A stretch of DNA of 64,000 nucleotides from an uncultured Clostridia bacterium (GCA_949045875.1 CARPYP010000008.1:3747-67746); one strand, 5' to 3'. Shown: positions 28,112-38,272, numbered from the stretch's first letter. Made by a program: numbers and translations. The notes: generated by a model from the sequence alone, not told the origin.

Positions 28112-30742
28112 TTAAATATTTTCTATATTTTGAATAATGTCTTCAACTTCTTTTCTTTCTTGTTCTGTTATTTCTTCGTGTTCTTCTTCTTCAATCCATT
28201 TTATTAAATTTAAGTTTTGTACATCTAATAACATTGGATGTTTTGGCATTACTCTAAATGTATAGCCGTAGTCTCCTCCTGTTTTTAATGTTATTTCTCC
28301 AGTATATAGATTATCTTCTTTTATATCTCTTGTCATTGGTGTGATATTTATATCCTCAAATGTTCCATCTGACATTATTTTAGCTGAATAAACTTCAACA
28401 GATATGCTATCTGGACTTATATTTGGTAAATCTACTTTACAACTTACTTGTATTTTATTTCCAGCATCTATTGTAACATCTTTCATATTGTTTTTTTGTG
28501 TTATTTTTATTTTTCCCCATTCGTTTTTTGCATTTGCTTTCCATTCATTATATCCAATTACATTTTCTAAATCTTTATAATATGTATTATACAGATTACA
28601 TAATGGTAAATATAGCTTTTCAGTATAATCTACAACCATTCTCGCAGTGCTATACATTCCTCCTGTAGATATAATTGAATTTTTCATCATTTGTAGCCAT
28701 TTGCTTGAAAAATCTTCTTCACATTCTCTGTCATAATAAATTGGTATAATTTTATTTTCTAAAGTATTATATATGCTTTGACAGTCTGCATTATCTTGAA
28801 TATCATAAGAATCATATTCATCATCATTTCCTATTATCCAACCATTTTCTTTATTATATCCTTCTACCCACCAACCATCTAATATACTGAAATTTACTAC
28901 TCCATTTACTGAGGCTTTTTGTCCACTTGTTCCTGAGGCTTCCATTGGTCTTCTTGGATTGTTTAGCCAAACGTCTACACCACTTACTAAATATCTTGCC
29001 ATTTCAATATCATAGTCTTCTAATATAAATATTTTTCCTTTGAATTGTGGCTTCATTGATAGTTCATGTATTTGTCTTATTAAGTCTTGACCTTCTATAT
29101 CTCTTGGATGTGCTTTTCCTGCAAATATTAATTGTATGGGTTTATCTTGATTATTTAAAATTTGTGTTATTCTTTCTAAGTCTCTAAATATTAATGTTGC
29201 TCTTTTATATGTTGCAAATCTTCTTGCAAACCCTATTGTTAATGCATTTGGATTTAGTTTTGATGTTATTTCCATTATTTCATCATATGGAGTTCCATTT
29301 CTTCTTAGTCTATTTGTTACATTTTCTTTTACTAATTTTAGTAGTTTTTCTTTTCTTGAAATGTGAGCAGACCATAATTCTGCATTTGGTATATCTTGTA
29401 TCTTTTTCCATGTTTCTTCTTCATGTATTTTGTCTTGCCAATATGGTATTAAGTACTCATTATATAGTTCTTTTAGCCTTGGAGCTAACCACGAACATGT
29501 ATGTATACCATTTGTTACATGTGTTATTGGTGATTCGTTTGAGGCAATGTCTGGCCAGCATTCACCAAATAGTTCTCTTGATACTTCTCCATGTAGTTTA
29601 CTAACTCCATTTTTCTTTCCTGCTATTTTTAGAGCTAATATTCCCATATTGAAACCACTCTCAGTAGGTTGATTTGGTGCTACACCTAGTCTTAAAAATT
29701 CCTCTCTTTCTATTCCTAATGATGTCCAGAAATTTTTGAAATATTTGTCTATTAAGTCTATATTAAATATATCGTTTCCTGCTGGTACTGGCGTGTGTGT
29801 TGTAAATACAGTTTGTGCTGTTACTATATCTCTTGCTATTTTAAATGCTATTTTTTTGTCTTCTATTAACTCTCTCATTAATTCTAATAGTAAAAATGCC
29901 GAATGTCCTTCATTCATATGGTAAACTGTTGGTTTTAGTCCTAGTTCTCTTATTAGCTTTGTTCCTGCCATTCCTAAAACAATTTCTTGTCTTATTCTCA
30001 TGTCTTGATCTCCACCATATAGCCTTTTTGTGATTTCTCTTAAATCTTCATCACTGTTTTCTGCAATGTCTGAGTCCATTAAGTATAGTTTTATTCTTCC
30101 TACATTTACTTGCCATACTTTTAAGTATAGGGTTCTCCTTTGTATTTTTTCGGAAATTATTAAGTCATTTCCACTTGCATCTTTTGCTGGTATTATTGGA
30201 AGATTTTCTAAGTCTATGTCTGTATAAACTGATTCTTGTCTTCCTTCTCTATTTATTACTTGATGAAAATATCCATTTTTATATAGCAAACCAACTCCTA
30301 CTAATGGTAGTCCTAAGTCACTTGCTGCTTTTAAGTGGTCTCCTGATAGTATTCCAAGTCCTCCTGAGTATATAGATAAGATTTGGTCTAATCCATATTC
30401 TGCCGAAAAGTATGCTATTAAATCGTTTTTATTTTCTGGATATTTTTTACTAAACCAAGTTGTTTTACTATTCATATAATTTTCAAAATTTTCTACAACT
30501 TTATCATATTCTTTTAAAAAGTTTACGTCTTTGGCATATTGTTCTAGTTTCTCTTGAGATATTAGTTTTAAAAATTTGACTGGGTTTTTGTTTACTTGTT
30601 CCCATAAATCAATATCAATTTCTTTAAGTAGTTTTAATAAGTCTGTGTTCCATGCCCACCAAATGTTATATGCCATGTCCATTAATTTGTTAATTCTTTT
30701 TGGTAGTTGTGGGTTAACTGTAATTCTATTAAATATATACAT
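28112..30742 (-). CDS. glgP: alpha-glucan (glycogen/maltodextrin) phosphorylase, GT35 with a DUF3417-type N-terminus
   Basis: 876 aa: AYNIWWAWN, YFSAEYG, GGLGILSGDHLKAASDLGLPLVGVGLLY, and GTSGQKASVNG (PLP-Lys region). Confidence 0.9.
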   Translation of the reverse strand: MYIFNRITVNPQLPKRINKLMDMAYNIWWAWNTDLLKLLKEIDIDLWEQVNKNPVKFLKLISQEKLEQYAKDVNFLKEYDKVVENFENYMNSKTTWFSKKYPENKNDLIAYFSAEYGLDQILSIYSGGLGILSGDHLKAASDLGLPLVGVGLLYKNGYFHQVINREGRQESVYTDIDLENLPIIPAKDASGNDLIISEKIQRRTLYLKVWQVNVGRIKLYLMDSDIAENSDEDLREITKRLYGGDQDMRIRQEIVLGMAGTKLIRELGLKPTVYHMNEGHSAFLLLELMRELIEDKKIAFKIARDIVTAQTVFTTHTPVPAGNDIFNIDLIDKYFKNFWTSLGIEREEFLRLGVAPNQPTESGFNMGILALKIAGKKNGVSKLHGEVSRELFGECWPDIASNESPITHVTNGIHTCSWLAPRLKELYNEYLIPYWQDKIHEEETWKKIQDIPNAELWSAHISRKEKLLKLVKENVTNRLRRNGTPYDEIMEITSKLNPNALTIGFARRFATYKRATLIFRDLERITQILNNQDKPIQLIFAGKAHPRDIEGQDLIRQIHELSMKPQFKGKIFILEDYDIEMARYLVSGVDVWLNNPRRPMEASGTSGQKASVNGVVNFSILDGWWVEGYNKENGWIIGNDDEYDSYDIQDNADCQSIYNTLENKIIPIYYDRECEEDFSSKWLQMMKNSIISTGGMYSTARMVVDYTEKLYLPLCNLYNTYYKDLENVIGYNEWKANAKNEWGKIKITQKNNMKDVTIDAGNKIQVSCKVDLPNISPDSISVEVYSAKIMSDGTFEDINITPMTRDIKEDNLYTGEITLKTGGDYGYTFRVMPKHPMLLDVQNLNLIKWIEEEEHEEITEQERKEVEDIIQNIENI

Positions 30743-30852
30743 AAAAATATATTCCTCCTTTTGTTTTTTACAAGTCCTTTGTTTTAATATATTTATTATC
30801 CATTAAATTAGTGAAAATGTCAATTGGTTTTTTGTATTTTTTGTTCTTTTTA

Positions 30853-30899
30853 AATTTAAAAAGGCGACATGGCTCGGTATTAAACCAAGCCATGCCACC
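30853..30899 (-). terminator. rho-independent terminator of the spoIIIA operon
   Basis: 15-bp stem GGTGGCATGGCTTGG/CCGAGCCATGTCGCC followed by TTTTT on the minus strand. Confidence 0.75.
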
Positions 30900-30908
30900 C
30901 TATTATAT

Positions 30909-31535
30909 TTATTTTACTGAAATATGTATATTGTCCGCGCTTGCTTCTAATTCTCTAGATATTATGTTTTGAATTTGTGCAATTTCTTCTTGTGATAAAT
31001 CCTGTTTTCCAATTATTACACTTATACTTTTATCATTTACAAATATTATGCATTTATCAAATCCTTTTGCTAATAATAAGTTTTCTGATATCATTATTGC
31101 GTTTTGCGTTTGGTTGATTTTTGCTATTTCTTGTGTCGTTATTGCCTTTTGTTCTTCTGATACATTTGGATTTTCTATTATTTTTTGGTAGTTTTCTATT
31201 ACTTGTGAATACATATTTGTTCTGTCTAATTTGGCTGATACAAAATATCCATCGTCTTCTTTTGCTTCTTTGTTTTCTTCTTCTTTTTTCTCTTCTTCAC
31301 TAAATACTTCTTGTGTTTGCTCTTGATTATCACTTACTAATTTTGCATCTCCGAGTTTTGCTATTTCTTCTTGTTGTTCTTCTGTGTTTGGATTTGATGC
31401 TACCTCTTCTTGATTTGTAATTTCTGAACTTACTTGTTCTGTTTTGTTTTTTCCTATATAGTCTAAGTATCCTGCTGTTACTAGCATTAATGCTATTACC
31501 AATATGGTTAATTCATTCTTTTTAATTATTTTCAT
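30909..31535 (-). CDS. spoIIIAH: stage III sporulation protein AH
   Basis: N-terminal TM helix, acidic linker, then DGYFVSAKLDRTNMYSQ...LLLAKGFDKCIIFVNDKSISVII...IAQIQNIISRE. Last gene of the operon. Confidence 0.8.
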   Translation of the reverse strand: MKIIKKNELTILVIALMLVTAGYLDYIGKNKTEQVSSEITNQEEVASNPNTEEQQEEIAKLGDAKLVSDNQEQTQEVFSEEEKKEEENKEAKEDDGYFVSAKLDRTNMYSQVIENYQKIIENPNVSEEQKAITTQEIAKINQTQNAIMISENLLLAKGFDKCIIFVNDKSISVIIGKQDLSQEEIAQIQNIISRELEASADNIHISVK

Positions 31536-31580
31536 AATTTATCTCTTCCTTTCGTGTATATCATTTTCATTCATAAGGAT

Positions 31581-31635
31581 AAGGGCACAGTGGTGTCAAT
31601 CCTATAGGGTATTCCCCCAAACGGTGCCCCTACAA
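31581..31635 (+). repeat. Rep-A family copy (expanded hairpin) in the spoIIIAG-spoIIIAH spacer
   Basis: AGGGCAC...AAACGGTGCCCCTACAAT: stem GGGCAC/GTGCCC encloses a ~35-nt insert. The CCCCTACA tail is conserved. Confidence 0.5.
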
Positions 31636-31655
31636 TAATTCATTCTATATATTTA

Positions 31656-32288
31656 TTAATTCATTTCAAAGACTTGGACTTTGTATGTAGCGAGCCCTGT
31701 AATCGCTTCTACTGCTGATATTATATTACTTTTTACGGTTGCATTTGAAGCACCTTCTGCAATTACTATCGCTCCTTTTACTACTGGATTTATTACTGTT
31801 TGCGTTTCTATTTTTGAACCATCTGAATATACAATTTCTTTTGATGTATCTTTTTCTTCTATAACTCTAGTACCTCCCTCTGAGTCTGTTTCTTGTGTTG
31901 TTGATACTTTTGAGTTTTCATTTTGCATTGGTACTATTTCGCTTCCTTTTGAATATGTAAGCATTACATTTACTTTTCCTACTCCTTCCATTTTTGATAA
32001 TATTTCTTCTAGTTTTGTTTCTATTTCGTCTACTGTTACTTTTTTCTTATCATCTGTATTGTCTGCTAATATTTTATATCCTGAACTTTCTTCTGATTTG
32101 TTATCTTTTGTTTTTGTATCATCTTTCCAGATTGTATTTATTGCAATTAATGTTATTATTAATATTATTATAAATACTACAAGACTTTCTATCTTTTTTT
32201 TATCTGTTTTTCCTTGATATTTGGATTTTATCATTTGCATTTTTTCTTTTAACATATTTAATACCATTCCTTTCTTGTATACCAACAT
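31656..32288 (-). CDS. spoIIIAG: stage III sporulation protein AG
   Basis: TM helix then VNVMLTYSKGSEIVPMQN...PVVKGAIVIAEGASNATVKSNIISAVEAITGLATYKVQVFEM. The true start may be one of the internal ATGs (M8/M12). Confidence 0.8.
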   Translation of the reverse strand: MLVYKKGMVLNMLKEKMQMIKSKYQGKTDKKKIESLVVFIIILIITLIAINTIWKDDTKTKDNKSEESSGYKILADNTDDKKKVTVDEIETKLEEILSKMEGVGKVNVMLTYSKGSEIVPMQNENSKVSTTQETDSEGGTRVIEEKDTSKEIVYSDGSKIETQTVINPVVKGAIVIAEGASNATVKSNIISAVEAITGLATYKVQVFEMN

Positions 32289-32334
32289 GTGTTGGAAAAG
32301 AATTGTTAAAATTGTTTTTCTACATTTTTATAGA

Positions 32335-32946
32335 TTATATTATTGAAATTTGCTTGTTGTTTATACCATATTCTTCACTCATAAACATTTTTATCTCACG
32401 CTCCTCTTCTTCTGTTAATTCTTTTTTTATTGTTGAGTTAGTTTGTTCTCCAATTTTTATTTTATTAACTGCTATTTCATTTTTCTCATTTTCATTATTA
32501 CCTTCATTTACACTTTTTGATATATTAAGTTCTATATTTTCGATTCTTCCATATGTTTCGCTATTTTCTTCTAAGTTAACTTCTAATTTTATGTTGCTTA
32601 CAATATAACCTTTTTCTCTTAATTTATTTTCCATATCTTGTTTTAAATTTAGTTTATATGTTTCTTCAAAGTTATTTGTTTCTATTTTTTCTACACTGCT
32701 TTCTAGGTTTTGATATATTTCACTACTTGTTAAATAATTTTCATAGTCTATATTGCCAAAGTCTAAATTTTTTCCTCCTATTAATTTTAATCCTGGCGCA
32801 ATAATTGTATATACAACATATATTCCTATTACTGTTTTTATGTATTTTGTGCTTTTGCTATTAGGAGATAATATCATTTCTAGTATAATTGCAACTACGA
32901 CACTGACTATTACTTGACGTGCCCATGAACTAATGTATGTAATCAT
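32335..32946 (-). CDS. spoIIIAF: stage III sporulation protein AF
   Basis: MITYISSWARQVIVSVVVAIILEMILSPNSKSTKYIKTVIGIYVV, plus position in the operon. Confidence 0.8.
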   Translation of the reverse strand: MITYISSWARQVIVSVVVAIILEMILSPNSKSTKYIKTVIGIYVVYTIIAPGLKLIGGKNLDFGNIDYENYLTSSEIYQNLESSVEKIETNNFEETYKLNLKQDMENKLREKGYIVSNIKLEVNLEENSETYGRIENIELNISKSVNEGNNENEKNEIAVNKIKIGEQTNSTIKKELTEEEEREIKMFMSEEYGINNKQISII

Positions 32947-32961
32947 TATATTTCCCCCTTC

Positions 32962-34092
32962 TTATATGTTTGAAACTTTTATTACTATTGTTACTCCTAT
33001 TATTAGCATTACAGATATTGAGCATACCATTGCTAGTAATACTTTAAAGGTATCTCTCATCTGTTCTATAATATCTATTATTTTTTTATCTGCTATTGGT
33101 TGACATACTGCTGATAAAATATGATACAAGACTGTAAGTACTGCTAGTCTAATTATTGGCATTGCACATATTCCTATTATTACAATTACACCAATTATTC
33201 CAACTGCATTTTTTAGTACTATTCCACTTCCCAATACCATTTCTGTTGTATCACTTAGAATTTTACCTACTACTGGAATTGCATTTGAGACTACTGCCTT
33301 TGTAGTTTTAGTGGTGATTTTATCAACATGTCCTGTTAAACTGCTTTCTAATGATAGTACACTTGTAAATACTGTTAGTACTATTCCTAATATCCATACT
33401 ACACTAGATTTAAAAGTTTTTGCTATTTTATCTATTTGAACTTTGTCTGATATTTTTGATATTATTCCAAGCGATGTTCCAATTAGTACCATTGGTAGTA
33501 AAAAGGCTGAAATGAATTTTCCTATAAATGTTATCATTACTAATAGAATAGTTTGTACTGTGCTTGCTGTTACTAAATTTCCTGTTATCATCATTAATGT
33601 TAGTAGTAGTGGAATTAATGAATATGAAAATCCTACTAAGTTTTGAATTGTATCTTTTATACTAGAGATTATTCCTGCAAAATTGGTCATTATTAATGTT
33701 ACAATTAATATATATTGAACAAAATATGTAATTTGACTTATTCCGCCATTATCTAATCCATCACTTACACTTTTTAAAATACTATGTACTACTATAATTA
33801 TTATTATGCTGGCAATCATTATAATTTGTTTTTTTATTTCTATTCCTAAAAGATTTACTATTTTTTTTGCAATGCTTGCCTCGTCTATATCTCCTGTAAC
33901 CGCAGAGTTTAATACATCGGAAAAATCTATGTCTTTAAATACATTGTCTGTGTATTTTTGTGCTTCCGTTATAAATGATGATATGTCTAACATCTCTTCT
34001 GCTGATTGTATTATTTCTTCACTTGCTAAAGATGTAGTTGGTATTATAAATATTAAAATTATCATTAATAATATAATTCTTTTTATTTTCAT
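32962..34092 (-). CDS. spoIIIAE: stage III sporulation protein AE
   Basis: 376 aa, signal peptide plus multiple TM helices. Operon position between AD and AF. Confidence 0.88.
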   Translation of the reverse strand: MKIKRIILLMIILIFIIPTTSLASEEIIQSAEEMLDISSFITEAQKYTDNVFKDIDFSDVLNSAVTGDIDEASIAKKIVNLLGIEIKKQIIMIASIIIIIVVHSILKSVSDGLDNGGISQITYFVQYILIVTLIMTNFAGIISSIKDTIQNLVGFSYSLIPLLLTLMMITGNLVTASTVQTILLVMITFIGKFISAFLLPMVLIGTSLGIISKISDKVQIDKIAKTFKSSVVWILGIVLTVFTSVLSLESSLTGHVDKITTKTTKAVVSNAIPVVGKILSDTTEMVLGSGIVLKNAVGIIGVIVIIGICAMPIIRLAVLTVLYHILSAVCQPIADKKIIDIIEQMRDTFKVLLAMVCSISVMLIIGVTIVIKVSNI

Positions 34093-34103
34093 TCGTTTCT
34101 CCT

Positions 34104-34490
34104 TTAGGGTAAAACATGTACAATCGTTTCCAATAATGCTGATATTATAGGTATTGACATTGATATTATTATTACTTTTCCTCCTAAATCTACTTTCGAG
34201 GCAATAGCACTTTCCCCTGAGTCTTTACATATACTTACTGCAAATTCTGTTAAAAATGCGATACCTGTAATTTTTATCAGAACTGTTAAAAATCCATTTG
34301 TATCACTAACTTTGTTTGATAATTCTGTTAATAACTCTATTATTCCACTTAATCTTGTCATAACAAGTCCTAAAATTATAACTCCAGCACAAATTGATAC
34401 ATATATTGTGAATTCTGGTTTATATTGTTTTAAAATAATAACTATTATTACTGCAATTAAACCAATTCCAATAATTTTAATAATATCCAT
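34104..34490 (-). CDS. spoIIIAD: stage III sporulation protein AD
   Basis: MDIIKIIGIGLIAVIIVIILKQYKPEF...AVSICKDSGESAIASKVDLGGKVII. 128 aa. Confidence 0.9.
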   Translation of the reverse strand: MDIIKIIGIGLIAVIIVIILKQYKPEFTIYVSICAGVIILGLVMTRLSGIIELLTELSNKVSDTNGFLTVLIKITGIAFLTEFAVSICKDSGESAIASKVDLGGKVIIISMSIPIISALLETIVHVLP

Positions 34491-34541
34491 ATTTATATAT
34501 CATTCCTTTTTTTGATGAACCAGTTTAGTATTTCCTACGAA

Positions 34542-34570
34542 GGACGGGCGATTGATAATCGCCCCTACAT
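34542..34570 (+). repeat. Rep-A family copy (type 2) in the spoIIIAC-spoIIIAD spacer
   Basis: GGACGGGCGATTGATAATCGCCCCTACAT: stem GGGCGATT/AATCGCCC. Followed by the palindrome TTCTTCGAAGAA (34583-34594). Confidence 0.65.
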
Positions 34571-34603
34571 TACCCAAGCGATTTCTTCGAAGAATAATAT
34601 CAG

Positions 34604-34798
34604 TTATAGATTGAATAATGTCCTAACGGTATCAAACAATGTACTAATCTCTTTAATTACTAAACTTAATACTATAACTAGTCCTGCTAAAGTGGTCATC
34701 ATTGCTTGGTCTTCTCTACCAGCTCTAACCAATACTTGATGTAATACAGCAACTAAAATTCCGATTGCAGCAATCTTAAATAATAAATTAATATCCAT
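34604..34798 (-). CDS. spoIIIAC: stage III sporulation protein AC
   Basis: MDINLLFKIAAIGILVAVLHQVLVRAGREDQAMMTTLAGLVIVL. Start moved to ATG 34798 (GGAGG plus 8 nt). Confidence 0.9.
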   Translation of the reverse strand: MDINLLFKIAAIGILVAVLHQVLVRAGREDQAMMTTLAGLVIVLSLVIKEISTLFDTVRTLFNL

Positions 34799-34822
34799 GT
34801 CTATATCCTCCATTTTCAATAG

Positions 34823-35339
34823 TTATATTAGAATTATAACTAGTCCAACTCCAGTTAGCATTCCCAAAGTCTTGTACAATTTTTTGTTTTTATTCTCCTC
34901 TGTTTGTGCTTGTTTTATTTGTGTTTCTAAAAAGTCTAATGTAAGTTTTACTTTCCCAAGTTGTCCTTGTAAGTCAGTTTGTCCTAATATTTTTCCGAAA
35001 GTCTTTTATTATGTCTAAATCTTCTTTAAGTAAATTTGTTTGTGATATGTCTACTGAGTGTTCCCATGCGTCTTTTGCCGATGTTTCTTTCATTTTTACT
35101 GCTGCTATTTTAAAAATGCTTCCGATTTCTCTTTTTATATTATTGGAAATTTCTATAAAAATATCTGCTATTGGCTCATATGTATATTCTATCTTAGCTT
35201 CAAAAAAATTCAGGGCTTTTTTCATCTCACATAATTGTATAGTTCTATTTTTATATTTATTAGATATCATTATTCCTACTAGTGTGGAGCCACCAAATAT
35301 TGAGCATAATATAATACTTTTTATAAATAACATACTCAA
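34823..35339 (-). pseudogene. spoIIIAB: stage III sporulation protein AB, interrupted by a +1 frameshift near 34997
   Basis: Frame A gives MSMLFIKSIILC...EDLDIIKDFRKNIRTN*. The next frame continues GKILGQTDLQGQLGKVKLTLDFLETQIKQAQTEENKNKKLYKTLGMLTGVGLVIILI*, the expected AB C-terminus. 517 nt = 172 codons plus 1. The extra base is the C in GAC TTT c GGA AAA. Confidence 0.8.
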
Positions 35340-35363
35340 TTTCCCCTTTCTAAATATATATAT

Positions 35364-36293
35364 TCATTGCTTGTACTTTTTAGAACTATCTTTTTCTAGT
35401 TTGTCTAAATGATATATATCTTTTATTCTTCCTTTATTTGATTTATCAAGGAAAATTATTATTTCAAATATATTTAATTCTATTATTTTTCTTATATATA
35501 AATTCATATTTATATCTTCTAAAGTTTCACCATGTGCTGTAAAAATTCCCTTTACTCCACATGATGTAGCACAATTAATTGCGTTTACATCTTCTATGTT
35601 TCCTATCTCGTCTGCAACTATTATTTGTGGTGCCATAGATCTTATTAACATTTCCATTCCTACCCATTTTGGTACATTGTCTAAAATATCGGTTCTTATT
35701 CCTATATCATTTTGCGGAATTCCTTTATACATTGCTGCGATTTCTCCTCTTTCGTCTGCTACTCCTATTGTTTTACCTTTAAAATTTATGTATTCTATTC
35801 CTGTACTTAGTTGCCTTATTAAGTCTCTTAAAATTGTAGTTTTCCCTGCTCCTGGAGGTGAGACTATTAAAGTAGTATATATATTGTCATTTTCTATATC
35901 AATAATATGTTTTATGACTTCATTCGCTGCTCCAATTTTTTGTTTTGATATTCTAAAGTTTAAACTATATATGTGTGAAATATTTATTACTTTATCATTT
36001 TCTATTACACAGTTTCCTGTAATTCCTACTCTATGCCCACCTTTTATTGTTATATATCCATGATTTATTTCATTCTGATATGCATAAATAGAATTTTCAC
36101 ATACAAATTGTAATATTTCTTTTGTGTCTTCATTTGTAACTTTATGGTCTATTATTTCTTCTTTATTATTAAATTTTAAAATTATCGGACAGTTTACTCT
36201 TATTCTTATTTCTTCTAATTCACTATAGTCTTGTCCTATTTTATTGTTTATTTTTTCTCTTATCCTTATTGGAAAGTATTGTAAAATTTCCAT
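35364..36293 (-). CDS. spoIIIAA: stage III sporulation protein AA (ATPase)
   Basis: Walker A VSPPGAGKTTILRDL, IIVADEIG (Walker B), 309 aa. First gene of the operon. Confidence 0.9.
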   Translation of the reverse strand: MEILQYFPIRIREKINNKIGQDYSELEEIRIRVNCPIILKFNNKEEIIDHKVTNEDTKEILQFVCENSIYAYQNEINHGYITIKGGHRVGITGNCVIENDKVINISHIYSLNFRISKQKIGAANEVIKHIIDIENDNIYTTLIVSPPGAGKTTILRDLIRQLSTGIEYINFKGKTIGVADERGEIAAMYKGIPQNDIGIRTDILDNVPKWVGMEMLIRSMAPQIIVADEIGNIEDVNAINCATSCGVKGIFTAHGETLEDINMNLYIRKIIELNIFEIIIFLDKSNKGRIKDIYHLDKLEKDSSKKYKQ

Positions 36294-36352
36294 TTTATCT
36301 CCTTTTAAATTTTGGGTTGTTGTTCTAGTAGATAGATGTTAGAAATTTATAT

Positions 36353-36396
36353 AAAAACTAGCATATACATATTAATATGTATATGCTAGTTTTTTA
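36353..36396. terminator. bidirectional terminator between the radical SAM gene and spoIIIAA
   Basis: Near-perfect palindrome AAAAACTAGCATATACATATTAATATGTATATGCTAGTTTTT. Confidence 0.7.
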
Positions 36397-36399
36397 TTT

Positions 36400-37284
36400 T
36401 TAGAACTCCCAATTTGGAACATATTGTTCTTCATGTTCTCCTAATTCTTGAATATACCCATTTTCTAAGTTTAGTTTATATAAATAATTTTCTATTTCTT
36501 TATATTCTTCTTTTGTTAATTTTCTGTTTAAGTCGCTTTGCATTGCTTTATATGTTGGAAAGTATTGTGCCATTATACTTATATAAACTTCATTTCCGAA
36601 ATTAGTTTTTATCCATTTTAAAATTTTTTTTGTGTTTTCTATATGATTTGGTAAAACTAAATGTCTGATTATAATTCCTTTTTTTATTATTCCTTTTTCG
36701 TCTATTTCGGGACTTCCTACTTGTTTATACATTTCTTTTATGGCTTTTGTTGCTATTTCAAAATAATTTTTTACTTTTGAGTATTTTTCTCCTAGTTCAT
36801 TATAATAATATTTTAAGTCTGGTAAGTAAACATCAATATATCCTTCTAATTTTTTTATGGTTTCTAAGTTTTCATATCCATTTGAGTTATATATTATTGG
36901 TATTTTTAATCCCTTTTTTTTTGCAATTTTTATTGCTTCTATTATTTGATAAGCATAGATTGTAGGTGATACTAGATTTATATTATTTGCCTCATTTTCT
37001 TGCTGTTTTATAAATATATTTGCTAATTCTTCAATTGTTATTTCTTTGCCTTTCCCTTTTTGACTTATTTCATAGTTTTGACAAAATATGCAGTTTAAAT
37101 TACAGTTAGAAAAGAATATTGTTCCTGAGCCATCTTTGCCACTTATACATGGTTCTTCAAATTTATGTAATGAATATAATGCAATTTTAATTTTGTCTGT
37201 CCCCTTACATCTTCCTATTGTTTCTTTTCTGTTGATATTACATTTATGTGGACATGTATTACAATTTTCTAGTTCTTTTAACAT
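36400..37284 (-). CDS. radical SAM protein (PflX / pyruvate formate-lyase activase-like)
   Basis: CNLNCIFCQN (CxxxCxxC) plus an N-terminal Cys cluster (CNTCPHKC). 294 aa. Confidence 0.75.
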   Translation of the reverse strand: MLKELENCNTCPHKCNINRKETIGRCKGTDKIKIALYSLHKFEEPCISGKDGSGTIFFSNCNLNCIFCQNYEISQKGKGKEITIEELANIFIKQQENEANNINLVSPTIYAYQIIEAIKIAKKKGLKIPIIYNSNGYENLETIKKLEGYIDVYLPDLKYYYNELGEKYSKVKNYFEIATKAIKEMYKQVGSPEIDEKGIIKKGIIIRHLVLPNHIENTKKILKWIKTNFGNEVYISIMAQYFPTYKAMQSDLNRKLTKEEYKEIENYLYKLNLENGYIQELGEHEEQYVPNWEF

Positions 37285-37306
37285 TTGCTTTTAAGTCCTT
37301 TCTTTA

Positions 37307-37576
37307 TTATTTGCTATATGCATCTCTTCTATGTCCAATTTCTAATACTAAAACTATAATTTCTTTATCTTGTATTTTACATATTACTCTATAATCTCCT
37401 ATTCTATATCTCCATTGTCCAGATCTGTTTTCTACTAAACCTTTTCCATGTATTCTTGGATTTTCACATCCTTCAATGTTTTTTTCTAACCACCCAATTA
37501 TTAGTGATGAGATATGTTTATCTAATTTTTTTAATTGTTTCTTGGCTTTTTCGGAAAATATAACTTTATATTTCAT
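37307..37576 (-). CDS. relE: type II toxin, RelE/StbE (ParE superfamily)
   Basis: MKYKVIFSEKAKKQLKKLDK...GQWRYRIGDYRVICKIQDKEIIVLVLEIGHRRDAY. The start overlaps the antitoxin stop (TAATG). Confidence 0.85.
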   Translation of the reverse strand: MKYKVIFSEKAKKQLKKLDKHISSLIIGWLEKNIEGCENPRIHGKGLVENRSGQWRYRIGDYRVICKIQDKEIIVLVLEIGHRRDAYSK

Positions 37577-37794
37577 TATAATCCCAACTCCTCTTTTATT
37601 TCTTGCATTGTATATGTTTTAGGATTTTTTTCATATTCTTCAACTGCTTTTTTATAACATTCTAAGTCATATTCATCTTCAATTTTTTCTAATACAGCTT
37701 TTCTAATTAAGTCTGATAAAGAAATATTGTTTATCTCTGCATATGTTTTTATTAACTTTGTATCTTCCTCATTTAATCTTACTGAAATATTCAT
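37576..37794 (-). CDS. relB: RHH-type antitoxin partner of RelE
   Basis: MNISVRLNEEDTKLIKTYAEINNISLSDLIRKAVLEKI is ribbon-helix-helix. Start set at ATG 37794 (GGGAG upstream). Confidence 0.75.
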   Translation of the reverse strand: MNISVRLNEEDTKLIKTYAEINNISLSDLIRKAVLEKIEDEYDLECYKKAVEEYEKNPKTYTMQEIKEELGL

Positions 37795-37817
37795 GATTAT
37801 CAACTCCCTATATTATA

Positions 37818-37834
37818 GTACTACATTGTAGTAC
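37818..37834. promoter_or_regulatory. probable relBE operator palindrome within the promoter spacer
   Basis: GTACTACA-T-TGTAGTAC (8-1-8 perfect palindrome), lying between TTGACA and the -10 on the minus strand. Confidence 0.5.
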
Positions 37835-37911
37835 GTATGTCAATATTATTATATTATCCTTAACATAATTTTGTGTTTTATTCTTAGATATAAATTATGT
37901 AATAAATAACA

Positions 37912-37956
37912 AACAAAAAGCAGCTAAAACCATTATATTTAAATAGTTTTAACTGC
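37912..37956 (-). terminator. terminator of the rpsF-ssb-rpsR operon
   Basis: Stem GCAGTTAAAAC/GTTTTAGCTGC (one G-U wobble), followed on the minus strand by TTTTTG. Confidence 0.65.
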
Positions 37957-37970
37957 TAACAATCTATCTA

Positions 37971-38249
37971 TTAATTTTGTGAATAAGGTAATAATGCTAT
38001 TTGTCTACATCTTTTTACTGCTAATGTTATGTCTCTTTGATGTTTTGCACAAGCACCTGTAGCTCTTCTTGGTAGTATTTTTCCTTTTTCATTTATGAAT
38101 TTCTTTAATTGTTCTGGATTTTTATAATCTAAAACTAAGTTTTTATCACTACAAAGTAAACATACTTTTTTTCTCATTCTTTTAAATTTTGAATTAAAGT
38201 CTTCATCATTATTGTTATTGTTTCTTCTATTATTTTTTTTGTCTGCCAT
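37971..38249 (-). CDS. rpsR: 30S ribosomal protein S18
   Basis: [63 protein letters not shown]. Confidence 0.95.
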   Translation of the reverse strand: MADKKNNRRNNNNNDEDFNSKFKRMRKKVCLLCSDKNLVLDYKNPEQLKKFINEKGKILPRRATGACAKHQRDITLAVKRCRQIALLPYSQN

Positions 38250-38272
38250 TCTTCTTTCCCCCTATCTAATTT

